A stretch of 63,952 nt of DNA, filler included, from Choristocarpus tenellus KU-1152 (lineage: Eukaryota > Protista > Phaeophyceae): assembly GCA_964200185.2 (NCBI GenBank). It is 13 parts of 13 records of this genome, joined end to end, with 100 filler letters (N's around TTAATTAATTAA, not from the genome) between each part and the next. Parts side by side here need not be neighbours in the genome. Positions count along the whole stretch, not along the records: positions 12,777 to 17,992 come from CAXNAD020011478.1; positions 18,093 to 21,900 come from CAXNAD020017808.1; positions 22,001 to 26,599 come from CAXNAD020013846.1; positions 26,700 to 29,498 come from CAXNAD020024652.1; 9 more parts are not named here. One strand, given 5' to 3'. How positions within the stretch are numbered: position 1 is the first letter of the stretch; the number at the start of each line of letters is the position of its first letter. The notes beneath the pieces were generated by a model, which made no database searches, was not told the DNA's origin, and saw nothing but the letters and a program-made list of their open reading frames with translations. This document shows positions 15,110-27,479 of the stretch, piece by piece. A program made the translations under genes and the position numbers.

Positions 15110-16060
15110 TAGATACTGGGAAGGCTGTGCAAGGTCTGAACTATGCCTGCCAGGATCTTATCGTAAAGTTATTCAACGCTAAGTATATGCTATTTTCCTT
15201 CAGTAAGGTGACATACGAAACATTGTATGCTCAAAATGAGCGAAGAAGTCTGTACTACTTGTCCACATATACTCTAAAGGAGAATCGTCAAACAATCGTG
15301 CTTGTACATAGTAAGGCAGACCGTGTATCAGTATATGTAAGGTTCAGTGGTCGCGCTCCAGTCAATAATTTGGTACGGATATGAGAGGCATCCAACCGTG
15401 GGATGAACAAGGGGGTGGGGCAATCCCAGTCTTATCAATGTGGGCCATAGGCAGCATAACATTTCACATATAATGAGATCCAATGACAGATTCCTAACAT
15501 ACAAATACACATGGATAATCACACACACACAGCAACAAATGCGCAGAACAGCAGGAGTCTGGTGGCTCAATAGATTTTTTTACCTTACTTCACCACATAC
15601 GACTCCTTGCTCTCACTGATCTGAACCTGTGAGACCCGTCGTCCCAGTCAGTACACACATGCGGTACCAATGCATTGTGTGCAAGTTAAGATATTCCATG
15701 TCTTTCTAGGTGGGGCTCCTACTAATAAGCTTAACTGACCTTGAGAACAAAGAAATGGTGGATAAATCGGTGATGGTTTGGAAACCTTATCTTGCTTGCT
15801 CATGGTCTTGCATTTAATTATTTATTTTGCCCACCACATACATTGGACCTTGTGTGGTGACCCATATCCACGCTTACATGCACCTTGCACTTTTTGTTTT
15901 CACTCCCCTTCTTCCCAGGTGTAATATATCGAAGGTGGAGTTGCTTGGAGAAGTTAGTCGAGGAGGAGAAAAAGTGATTGTCAAGCGTGTGAACTTTGAC
16001 AATCTACCAGAGACCTTGCCAGTGTCGTCTCTTAGAGGTCGGCAGGTGTGTGAGCTGGAA
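15110..16060 (+). mobile_element. Degenerate Ty1/Copia RT-RNaseH relic
   Basis: GKAVQGLNYA (cf. KALYGLKQA) and VELLGEVSRGGEKVIVKRVNFDNL (cf. VRE.V.RG.I.VK.V...DNLAD). Confidence 0.55.
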
Positions 16061-16651
16061 TAACCATCCAGTGTAGGAGACTTGGGGGTTTTACCGCCCA
16101 GAAGATCCTGAAAAATTGGGTCAAATCAACGATAGTCGCTATGAAAAATAAGCAACTGAAAGGACAGCATGGCTATTTAGATGTGCTTGATGACCAAAGA
16201 TCAGCGAGGTAGACCGTCCATATCATTTGCAATTCACTCATTAGCATTCTACTATCCTACCAACTAACCTGTTGTAGCATTTCCGACACTTGGAACCAAT
16301 TTGTTCATTTTCTTTTAGAGGGATGCATGGGGAGAGATGGCTCTATTGATGCAAAGTATCTACTCAAATACGTATGTGTACTACGTAGTAGTACTTTGAT
16401 CCATACCTACACACGGGGGTAGGGGCTTGTGGGATCGGTGGTGTATGGATTTCTGGTGTACCTGGTGCAGGGTAGGGGTTCAGGGATTGAAGGTGAATTG
16501 TAGATATAGGATGAATTTTCTTGCTCTTAGTCAAGTCTTTGTTACCACAATGCTTGTGTATACACCCATATGTAAGATTCCAGGTTCTGAGATGCGAGCT
16601 AAATCAAAAGTATGACCTCAGCTGTCAGGTGCAAAGTGTCTGTTGCAATAT

Positions 16652-16912
16652 TAACCAAACCGATATGGAGGTAAGCAGGGTTGCATTTTAAGGATCCTGA
16701 GAAAGGGCAGAATAAAGACAGCATTTTGTATAATCGCAGAAAATAGTCTTTGCTTAATTATGGTGTCACGTCGTGTGTGGAATGGGGGAATCAATTTTGT
16801 ATACACTATTGTGTACATAAAGCAATGGAATAGAGTAAATTGCGCAGGGTAAGAAAGATGGGTTAGATTGCAAAAGCATCCAAACCTGCCAACCTCTCGA
16901 TTGATTTGGCTC
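16652..16912 (+). mobile_element. MITE family C, full length
   Basis: Ends ..TCTCGATTGATTTGGCTC; 4-bp TSD ATAT/ATAT; body shared with the other C copies. Confidence 0.85.
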
Positions 16913-17259
16913 ATATTCTACTAGTATTATATCACATCATACTACTGTAGGACGCTAAGAAGTACTTGCTACTGTTGCTGGTGGTGGGGCACGACAGAGC
17001 AGCACTTAGAAGGAACAACAGTGCATTGCTTGAACATCATATTTCTGCTTGCATCTCTTCTACAAAGCAATTATGGATCCCTATGGCTACCGGTACACTC
17101 CACAGTGCAATACTGTTCTTCAACAATTCAACATCCACTGTACAAGTATAGAGGTCTATGGATGTGGATATTCAATCTGTGAACGATACCATGGAGTGGT
17201 TCCAAGAAGAGAAGATAGGGGTGAGAACAAGAGTTAGAGGAGAGGCTCAGGGTTAGAGT

Positions 17260-17580
17260 TGATAGTGCTGAGTGAGAATGTCAGAAAACAACAACCCAGG
17301 TATATCTCGAGTGGGTTGCATTACAGACACCCCAGGTTGGGAGGAAGTGACGCTGATGCTGTCAAAGGGGATACATTGCAGATAGACCATTTTATTGGAC
17401 TTAGTTCATCCACCCTTTTCCCCTTGTTCACTGCACAATCACTGTTCTGTTTCATACACATACATGTGCTCGATTTTTCCTGTGCGTTGTACAGGTGATA
17501 TTTTACTGTCTGGGGACAACAATAAAAATTGCGGGCAGTGTAAAGGTTTTTCAGAAAGGTATGAAGAGTCAAGTTCTTTG
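17260..17580 (+). mobile_element. Copia RT fragment
   Basis: VRCTGDILLSGDNNKNCGQCKGFSERYE resembles LYVDDILL.G......K..L..RFE. Confidence 0.4.
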
Positions 17581-19122
17581 CACACATACACCCCCACACT
17601 AATCCTAGCATTCATCCTCTCCCCCACCCCTATCTCCTCCTATCGTAGAGAGAAACTGATGTATTTGTAGCCGTAATGTTGTAGCTCATGGCCACCAATG
17701 CCAATGGCAAAGGATACTAGGGTTCTTCTACTCTGTTTTGTTGTGAGTGCAGTTCAACTCTGTGCCCCAGTGTAGTAGTGTGTTCGATCGCATGACTGAT
17801 GAACCTAACTCCTTTAAGCGGTATCCCCAAACAACTTGGGAAAACATATATTTTAAGAAACGCACCGTGAGATATGGTGCTTGTGTTCGTGATTTGTGTG
17901 CAAACATCAGTCTGTTCACAGGTTCAAAGTATCTGGGGGGGGGGGGGGTTTGTGAGGGGGCGTCCGTTTCGGTCAAACAACTCTTTTTTTCCNNNNNNNN
18001 NNNNNNNNNNNNNNNNNNNNNNNNNNNNNNNNNNNNTTAATTAATTAANNNNNNNNNNNNNNNNNNNNNNNNNNNNNNNNNNNNNNNNNNNNTCCGATCT
18101 GGCCTATTCCGTTCTCTGTCGATCCTTCTCCATTCTGCGAAATCGAAACCTGGGTATCTATTACTGGAGCAGGGTTAATCCCTCCACCTATATTCGGTCC
18201 TTGCCCTTGCCTGTCTCGTGTGCCTTCGTCGCTTTCCTCCATCACCTCCACAACCCCATCCCCTCCTCATTATATATCTTATTATTATGCCCTCTGACAT
18301 TTTGCAGATGTGTCAGGGGGAAAACCAATGACAAATATCATTTCTCTTTTAACGGAACTTGGAAAGAAGAAAACAAAGTGTTTCATGTTCGATATTGAAA
18401 TACTAGGATTCTTCCCTCCATCGTCGTCCACCTTCACAAATCCTAACCCTAACCCTGACCCTAACCCCAACCTCCAACCACCAACCACAAACCCTATCCT
18501 TGGACAGTACCTCTGTACTCCATCTGATTCATGAAAAAATTCTACAGTGAACTACTATCTAACCCATTCCCACATCGAAAATGTGCCCGGATTCCCTTCG
18601 TCTGTAACGCTATATAATTACTATAGATTGGAGGCATAGTCAGTCAGTATCATCATAGTGTGTGTAAACATGGGTTGGCGTAGGAAACTACTCGCAACCT
18701 GCTGCTACGAAGGCCGTCTAGGAAAAAGCGAGGGAATAGAAGAAGGGTCACATGACAAGTCTGTGAAGTCCTGCTTTGCCTAACGGCCCTGGTGTTTCTA
18801 CCTCAAAATGCATGGCACGTCTTTGGATCAATCCGATCGACTGCATGGAAAAGCACCGTCCTTACTCATGGAACAACACTGTAAGCTGATCACTCTAGAG
18901 TAAAAGGATAGTTCATTCAACTGTGGTGGGTCAATCAATAGTATTACAACAATGAAGTTTCAAACTACCTGTTTGTTGAGAAATGACCCCATCGGCACGA
19001 ATCTGTGATTTCTGAGACAACCTCCTACGTAGTACTCCCGAGTACGATATTTGCTCTAGCGCAGAATTTATGTGCCTCCCTTCTGCAACTTGAACGCGAA
19101 AATAAGAGTTGGGCTTTTGAAT

Positions 19123-19338
19123 GAGTCGAAGCAAGCACGAGGTACCCAGGGTTGCATCTTATGGATGCTGATAAGTAGGTACAAAATTCTCCGTTTTTTG
19201 CAAATGTGTATAATAGGACGATTTCTTAATTCATCAGACTTAGCACCCTCGTTCATAGAATATGGGTGGATCGGAAAAAACAAATGGTTCAAAATGCGGA
19301 ACAGCCAAGACCTGGGTACCTCTCGTTTAATTTGGGTC
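19123..19338 (+). mobile_element. MITE family D
   Basis: TIR GAGTCGAAGCAAGCACGAGGTACCCAGG...CCTGGGTACCTCTCGTTTAATTTGGGTC; flanks AAT/AAT; related to 35843 and 45743. Confidence 0.8.
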
Positions 19339-19612
19339 AATGACCCTGTACTGTTGGGAGTCATTCTTGAGGAATAATATATGCCGCAGAGCATTTTGCA
19401 CGATATCAAGTAGCACAAACAATAACAAGTATGTGTAAGCAAATGCATGTTCTGGGACTGCCTATAAAAAGCTGATCAAGATTCCACTCATGGTGGTCTG
19501 GAACTCCATTAATGTTGTTAACTACTAAGATGTAATTATAATAGTTTGAACGTATAGACAAGATAGATGATACAGAACAGATGACAAAGGTGTACTGCTG
19601 ACTGTGTATGTA

Positions 19613-21302
19613 CTACATCTCTGCCATAAGTTTGTGACGCGAAACATCTGGGCTCACCGAGGGAGAACAGCGCCGAAACGGACGATAATCCCACAAAATG
19701 AAATCGGGTTGACAATCTCAGTTTTCAGAAAAGGTGGGGTTCGAGGATCATCAGGTACAAACTCGAGGTGCTTCAAGCCGTCAAAGTAGGGGTCTATTGG
19801 GGTGATTTTGAGACCAGAACTGGGCATGTCAAGGGTCAGGCCGTCGCCATGGCAACCCTCCCATCGACCCCCCCGCGTAGGAAGGGTGCCCAAGTGTCCC
19901 TGAATACCAGGGTTGCGCTTGCAGTGCAGCATGCCCTTGCGATGGTCCCTGGTGAGCACAAACTGCCGCGACATATTGGACCGGCCGCCCTCACAGCGGA
20001 GTTTGGAGTGTCCAAGCGTCACATGCGAGGGCTCTGGGAGGACATCGCCGATCAGCTCACCCGTGGCCACACACTTGAACCTATGGTTGGCGGCGCGTAG
20101 TGGGCGGCCTCCGGAGCTCACACCGACCAAGATGGACACAATACATATAGTATCAACTCCGATAATCGGTCATCCACAGTGCGTCAGGTGACAACGAAGA
20201 TGGCCACCAAGGGGCTGAATTATAGCACGGGCACCATAAGCAGGTGGTTGGATGATATGGGGGCCATGCCGAATCGCTGCTGGATCAAACCAATTGTGGC
20301 AAACGGTATAGAGAAATGGACTTTTGTTTGCAATCAAGTGGACCGAAAAACTTGATGTGTATGCCTTCATGGCGAGCACGATCCATGTGGGTGAAACCTG
20401 TTTTTGCGTGATGGCTGATGGGGAAAGGGTTAGGGTATTTCTTAGCATGAGGATGATAGCGACCTTCCAGGGGTCCCTACTGTGCAGCACAAGAGTCGTG
20501 TCCCCCAAACCATGATCATTGCAGCCAATGCCCACCCAGATTCGGCTCACAACTTTGATGGAAAGCTTGATGTTTGGTTTGTGTGCGCACCAAAAACGGC
20601 AGACAGGAGGACAAGCAAGAACCATAGAAAGGGGGATGTGTATGAGCAGGACTGTACTTTAGACCATTTGTGGTACAGGAAGTGGTACACGGAGGAGTTT
20701 CTGCCTGGAATCAAGACCAAGATGCCTTGGTTGCAGGGGAAGCACGTTGTCGTTCAGAGAGACAGTGCCACCCCCCACACGGGCAAGGGCAGCTCAGAAA
20801 TCTTGTTAGGGGCAGGGGACACTGAGGGGTGATCGATTAGGCTTGTGACGCAGCCATCTACCTCCCCTGACCTCAATATCATGGAGCTGTGCTTCTTCAG
20901 ATCTTTGAAATGTCGGGTGATGGGGGAGCAGTTTGGGTCTATCAACGAGATGGTGAAGGTCATTAAGAAACAGTATGAGGAGTATGATGAAACTACACTT
21001 GAGAGGGCTTGGCAGCTCCTTTTTCTTGTGTGCTATCAAGTACTTAGATACAAAGGGGGTAGAATGACTTCAGCGTGGAGCACACAGGGGTAAGGAAGAG
21101 CTTGAAACCACGCCGAAGGTAGACATGGGGGCTTTTCTATGACTGATAAAATTGTGATGGGTGGGGAGTTATAATATTAAAAGAGCTGACCCTAAACAAA
21201 AACAAAATCGTCAAGGATTCCAAATCTTCTTTCAGAAATGAATTTCATCAACGTCTTAAAAAGTTAGGAACAGCGCGGCACAGACTTATGGCACGGAGGT
21301 GG
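19613..21302 (+). mobile_element. Tc1/mariner DNA transposon family 1 (plant-mariner/DD39D-like clade), full length with inactivated transposase
   Basis: TA TSDs; ~29-bp TIRs CTACATCTCTGCCATAAGTTTGTGACGCG / CCACCTCCGTGCCATAAGTCTGTGCCGCG; transposase motifs FDGKL, VVVQRDSATPH, TQPSTSPDLNIMELCFFRSLK. Confidence 0.93.
19769..21090 (+). pseudogene. Mariner-type DDD transposase, disrupted by stops and frameshifts
   Basis: ORF pieces 19768-20100, 20482-20832 and 20845-21093; in-frame TGA at 20830 in place of a conserved W. Confidence 0.88.
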
Positions 21303-22047
21303 TAGAATTTTTGTATGACTTGAAGGTCTCCACCATATTTTAAGACCACAGGCAAGATTTCTTTGCCAGCAGTCTTTTTAGGGAGATGTCGAACGGTGCT
21401 CGCGATCACATATAGCTGCTATTCAAAGTGCAGCTGAGTTAAACAATCCTCTCATCCTCTCCCCATTATTCCGCCACGTTCCTGGCATGATTTGAAGACG
21501 ACGTTTAACTAATCTTCAGCGCCTTCCTACACATGCACTAGCCGAGTATGATCGTCATTGGACATATATCACTCAGAAACCGTAGAAGCCTTTCCTCTCA
21601 AATCTCGACAATTTCAAACACCTCTTGCGTCAGAAGGTAGAGTGTGCTTCTAAAGGTTCTTAACCCCTGAAATATATGGCTCAGAACTTGCGATTGCTTT
21701 GTTTGAAGGAATACTTAGAACTTCCAAGCTACTGCAACCCAACGAGACGCACGTAACAAATCTTGGTGAGGCCATTTAAAGACCCGAACATAACGAGGCT
21801 AAATATTTGAGCACAGAGGCTACAATTGACGCCTCAGGAAAACATTTTCTCCCTTAGCAATCCGAGAAGAGACCCAAAGTATCTGGGGGAGGGGGGGGGG
21901 NNNNNNNNNNNNNNNNNNNNNNNNNNNNNNNNNNNNNNNNNNNNTTAATTAATTAANNNNNNNNNNNNNNNNNNNNNNNNNNNNNNNNNNNNNNNNNNNN
22001 AAAAAAAAAAAAAAAAAGGAGAAAACGCCACCCCCCCCCCCCCCCCC

Positions 22048-25000
22048 CCCCCCCAGATACTTTGACCCTGAACGGAATTTGGCACAAAGATTCAGTGTTT
22101 CTTGTATTTGAGGTGAAGAGAAAGTAGTGTTGACTAAAGTAGGTTTCAATGCATTATCAAGACGCATTCTTTCAGACCCAGATAGAGATGTTGCAGATAT
22201 AGTGTGAGAGTATCTGATGTTGACTATGTTTGCAGGGTAGATGTGACCAAGTAGAGTATTCTTTGGTAAATGAACTGCTTGTGAAGACATCTTAGCAATT
22301 CGTACTACTCCTGACTCATCATCAGAATCCCACATTGTAACTGTTCGAGTAACAGCAATAAATTGCCAAGGATCATTGGCATTTAATGAATCAATATAAT
22401 GAAATGAACAGATACGTGGTTCTCAAGTATCAGAGGGGGTTTCATCACTTACAGCAGATACAAGTGTTTCCGATTCTGGGGGAATGGAATTTTTTTCCCC
22501 TCAGGCGAAATGGGACTGATGGAACTTTCGCTTGTATAGCTGCTATTTGAACAGGGGATAACATGAATGAAAGTGTCTTAGAGGGTATGAGTTTTGCCCT
22601 GTTTGCCAATTTAGGGCTTGGCTTCCCATGGGTTCTCTTATGACATTTTCCTACTCCAAAGTGTTTCGGAGCGGGAGTGAAAGTATCTTAGGGAGTCCAA
22701 GTTTTTCCCGCTTTGTCCATTTAGGGCTTGGCTTCCCATGCTTTTTTTAATTCTTTGTCTATTCCAAAATATTTCAAAGTAGATAAAATGTATATAATAT
22801 AAAAAGGTCTGTCCGCAACAAGGATATTGACACTTCCTAACAAACACAATAGCCAAAATATCATCAAAACCACAACATTGGATTTTGGTCCCCAGATGGA
22901 CATGACTCTACCCTCTAAGATACTTTCACTCGTGGGGAAAGTGTATATGTTATGAAAAGGTGTGTTCAGAACATGGATATTGACACTTTCTAACAAACAC
23001 GATAGCAAAAATTACGCCAAAATCGCAACATTCGACTTTGGCCCCCAAGTGGACGTGGCTCTACCCTCTAAGATACTTTGACTCCATATCAAAAGAAGGG
23101 GCAGTACAATGAATGGCAGGTATGACAGTGGCACGTTTTTGGAATGATAACCTTTGAGTTTTCCAGTCATATGTCGCTCCAAAAGCATCAAGAACACTGT
23201 TATCAAGAAGAACATCATCAGGTCCTAGAGTGGGCAACACTAAAGCTTCAACTGGGATTGTGATATCACCTAATTGAAGAGAAAACCTGATAAACCCCAC
23301 AATGGTCAAAGCACTGCCATCTGCGGAACAAAGGTTGATTTCATCTGGTGGAATTGGTCCAATATGGGAGTTTTGGAGCGTAGAGTAGGAACATAGAGAT
23401 ATGTGAGAAATACATGGTATATCACTCGCAGTGTCCAACGTCAATGTGGCTGGTTCAGAATTCATTTTCCCTCAACATGTGTTCTTTTGGATGATGATTT
23501 AATACACAAAGGAAGAGATGCATAATGTGACAATGCACTGGAATACCATGGGGAGATATTTTTATTATTAGAGTTCTGATCTGCCCCTACAGGATAAATT
23601 GGTCGTGAAGCATTTTTATTCTGGATATGTTGAGGAATAAACTGTGCTTGTGGAGCCAATGCTACAGAAAACGAATCATGTTTCGTTCGTTTTACAACCC
23701 TCATCGACTCTTTCAGTAGCCTTGACTTCAGACCCAAAAGAACTACAGGGTTAATATTATTGTCTTCTGGGCCCCATCAATTTTTACTATATTTCCTAGC
23801 CTTTGCTTCAATTTTTTTCTGTTTCTCTTCTTCAGAAACTTGTACTGGTGCCCCTGGCATATCGATATAGTCACAACACCACGCCCATTTGTGGTTTTTG
23901 AATTTCTGTTTGCAGAACGGGTTTTCGCAGGTAATGCGATGTGACGAACGTTCTTCATGTCGACATTTCACTCCTTGTTGGCGACTACGTGAAGAGGGCG
24001 TCTGAGGGAGCATCAAAGGGGCGTGGTTGTTGCTTGAACGTCCAATGAAATGTCGATTTAAATTTCGAACCTCTTGTTCAAGCCGCTTATTGGTAGCCTG
24101 TAGTGCTGCAATTTTAGCTGAAGGGAACATAGGCTGTGCGGAGTGACCGGCGGAAATAACAGAGACAGCAGTCGGAACAGTTGGCGGAGTCGAAGGAACA
24201 GGGGCAAGTGCATGGGCACGTCTTTTTCCCGTTAGATTGCTGGCTTCATGACGTTTAGCACGATTGATAGCTTCAGACAATGTAGAAGCGAAATCTTCAC
24301 TGAACTGTTTTAGCTGAAGGTGGGGTAGTAGTCCACCTTCAAAGAGGGCAATAGCGATTTGATCAATATATTTACGGTCGCTAGAATCTGTAGATGAATG
24401 GTCAACAGCTGTAGTAAATCTACCAAGAAGGTGTGGAAAACGAATGGCATATGCTTCAAGGGTTTGGCATATGCTTCAAGGGTTTCATCGGGTTTTTGGG
24501 AAATATTAGCCCACTGCCTGCCCCAGTCTCCCATCGCATTTGCGTGACTAAAAGTGTTAATAAAACCGTACATAATTGGTCCCACGTTTTAGGGGCAACA
24601 ATGGGAACGAGGTCGGTGGAATTATTCTTCATTTGAAGGGCACGTAATTGGGCAGGGGAACGCCATTCAACTTTGCCTTCCATACTCTGAAAATATAGTA
24701 TACTAGCATTTGAATATCGAATCAGAGGCAAATAGGCCATGCAAGGCCCTATATATGGTTGACTGGTCACGTTGCGAATCATGAAGTTGAAATGTGACAT
24801 GCATATGGAAAATTTTCATAAGAGTCTGTACATCAGTTGTAGTCGAGGGAAGACACATATCTTTGGGAAAATTTGCTAATGACATTTTCAGCAAAGCAGT
24901 AATGGGAGCAATTGGAGCAATTGGGGGGGATTGCCTTACATCCGTCGTGTCCCTCGTCTCTGTCAAATTCCAGATGAGGTCCAATGTTGGAGGACGTTTC

Positions 25001-25469
25001 TCCTCCACTGCAGCCTTTAGCTCGTCATTGATCAAGTTTATTATGCACAGGTCTCCAGTTGATGACGTGACCGATGGTTTCGAAGATGGTGCTGGCGGAG
25101 TTGTGAGAGACCTTTTGGATGGTACGTGAGCAGTCTGGGTAACAGGAGGGGTTAGCGGTAGGGATTTTGACTAAGCGGGTGATTATCCGCCGACATCAAT
25201 TGTTGCGCCACCTGCTGATCCACCACTCGGAAATCAGTGTCCACAAATATCCTGGATGATTTGTGAACCAAAAGTTTTCTCCCATCTTCCAGAAGAACCT
25301 CATCAGATGATAAGGGATCTTGGTTGTGAAATGGCGGCAATAGATGTTCATCTGGTTCGTTTTCTTTGTATCCTTCCGCCATGAAGCTCTGAAAACGATT
25401 AGCGGTAGTCTGGAACATACTCTGTCTTCTCCTTGATCGAACTATACGCCAATCAGAATGATGTGGCAT
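22048..25469 (-). mobile_element. Ty3/Gypsy LTR retrotransposon relic: gag, aspartic protease and pre-RT region
   Basis: Gag-like fragments 23777-25469 (ISQKPDETLEAY); protease 23061-23465 TLDTASDIPCIS...SADGSALTIVG...DVLLD; interrupted by nested MITEs. Confidence 0.8.
22565..23084 (-). mobile_element. MITE family B with a same-orientation family B copy nested inside (22675-22931)
   Basis: Inner copy GAGTGAAAGTATC...GATACTTTCACTC with flanks GCGG/GTGG; outer copy resumes after it and ends GATACTTTGACTC, flanks CAT/CAT. Confidence 0.92.
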
Positions 25470-26844
25470 ATAAATGTGGTGCTCAAAGTACAGGCAATAT
25501 ACTCAGAGTTTCCCTCAAAGTATTGTAAGAGTACTCTCCCATTTCAGAACGATTGCCGTCGTCGCCACTGTGAAACAGATGGAAACAAGCCGACAAGTTC
25601 TTCGTAATGAAGGGGAGCGGGAAGACCCACAGGAGGCAATATCAAAGAGAGTGAGACAAGTCAAATGGGAGAGTAATCCCTCAGAAGATCACTTGGGAAA
25701 GGAGTGTTCCAGCGGTAGGTAACTGAAAGCGGGGGGGGTTTGGCAAGGTCACTCCAAACCACCCGATCTTACTTTAAGCAGATTTTACCTTCAACATGCA
25801 AGAACAAATGTTCGACGAATATCATAATCTTCAAGATAGGTCACCTTCAGGGTATACCTTCTGTGGAAGATGGCTCTCAGATTGACATTATGATAAATAT
25901 AATATGGTTTGTATCGTATCGAATACACCCTAATGAAATTTTGTATTCTATTGAAGGCGGATCTTCCGCGAGATGGAGGAATGGAATATCTGAAAGAGAC
26001 CAATCCTACCTATTGAATCTATTAATTTAGAGATATCAAGAGTCAAGGAATTCCCTTTCTCCCTCTCATCACCTACTCATCAATCCTCACTTTTCGCACT
26101 CCCCACTGTTGTCCTTATCCAACGTTACCTCCTCCTCTAGGATCAATGTCCACCCGTCTTCCCCTTTTATATTTTCTTTGTGGGATATTCTTCGTTCGTT
26201 TTTTCCCTCGTATTACCGTAATGTATTTTGAGTGGTCGTGTTCTCAGCGGTGAAAGTTTTATTTATCTTGTTCGGTTATTTGTTTTTTCTTTTTACTATA
26301 TTTCTTTTTTCCTACTTTATTTTTCTTTTTGTGGTTCTTGTCTCCTTCAACAACAACCAATTCTGTTTCGCCTTCTTTGGACTAATTTTTCGAGTCTAAG
26401 TCGCGAATCGCTCAATTATAGAATAGTATTGTCTTTTCCTTACAAGAGTTGAAGGGAAGAAGAACCCTTACTGTATGATGACGTTGAATACAATATATAT
26501 ATGGAGGATGATTATGATTAATATGATGTTCTTGGGATGCTTCCTTAGCTCCCCCCCCAGAGGCACAGGAATAGGTAGATGGGAAGATAAGGACGACAGN
26601 NNNNNNNNNNNNNNNNNNNNNNNNNNNNNNNNNNNNNNNNNNNTTAATTAATTAANNNNNNNNNNNNNNNNNNNNNNNNNNNNNNNNNNNNNNNNNNNNC
26701 CCCCAGATACTTTGACCCAAGGGCTTAAGAAAAAGATGGAGAGAGGAGTACGTGCGGTTCGTCGTATTTGGTCGGGTTCTTTTAGCCCATAGATCAGGAA
26801 GACAAGTAGGGCTTGTAACACTGGGGGAAGAAGATGCATATAGG

Positions 26845-27478
26845 ACTATAGGACATGAACCGCGACATAGTTTCCCACCCTACGCTGGATTTTACTGATC
26901 GACAGAGCACAGCGAAAGTATGAATAAATCTGTTCCACGAGCATCTTCCCAACGTATAAAACTCGAGAACCCTGCGTCAGTGTACGTTGTGAAACTGTCC
27001 AACTATAGGACACGAACCGCGACATAGTTTCCCACCCTGCACTGGGTTGTACCGATCGACAGAGAGCACAGTAAAAGTATGAATAAATCTGTTCCACGAG
27101 CATCTTCCCAACATATAAAACTCGAGAACCCTGCGTCAGTGTGTACATTGTGAAACTGTCCAACTATAGGACATGAACCGTGACATAATTTCCCACCTGC
27201 ACTGGGTCGTACGGATCGGTAGAGCACAGCGAAAGTATGAATAAATCTGTTCCACGAGCATCTTCCCAACGTATAAAACTCGAGAACCCTGCGTCAGTGT
27301 ACGTTGTGAAATATTTCAACTATAGGACACGAACCGCGACATAGTTTCCCACCCTGCACTGGGTTGTACCGATCGACAGAGAGCACAGTAAAAGTATGAA
27401 TAAATCTGTTCGACGAGTATCTTCCCAACGTATAAAAATCGAGAACCCTGCGTCAGTGTACGTTGTGAAACTGTCCAA
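26845..27478. repeat. Tandem array of four ~158-bp units in ABAB order
   Basis: Units start at 26845, 27002, 27163 and 27319; units 1/3 and 2/4 share diagnostic variants. Confidence 0.95.
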
Positions 27479-27479
27479 C

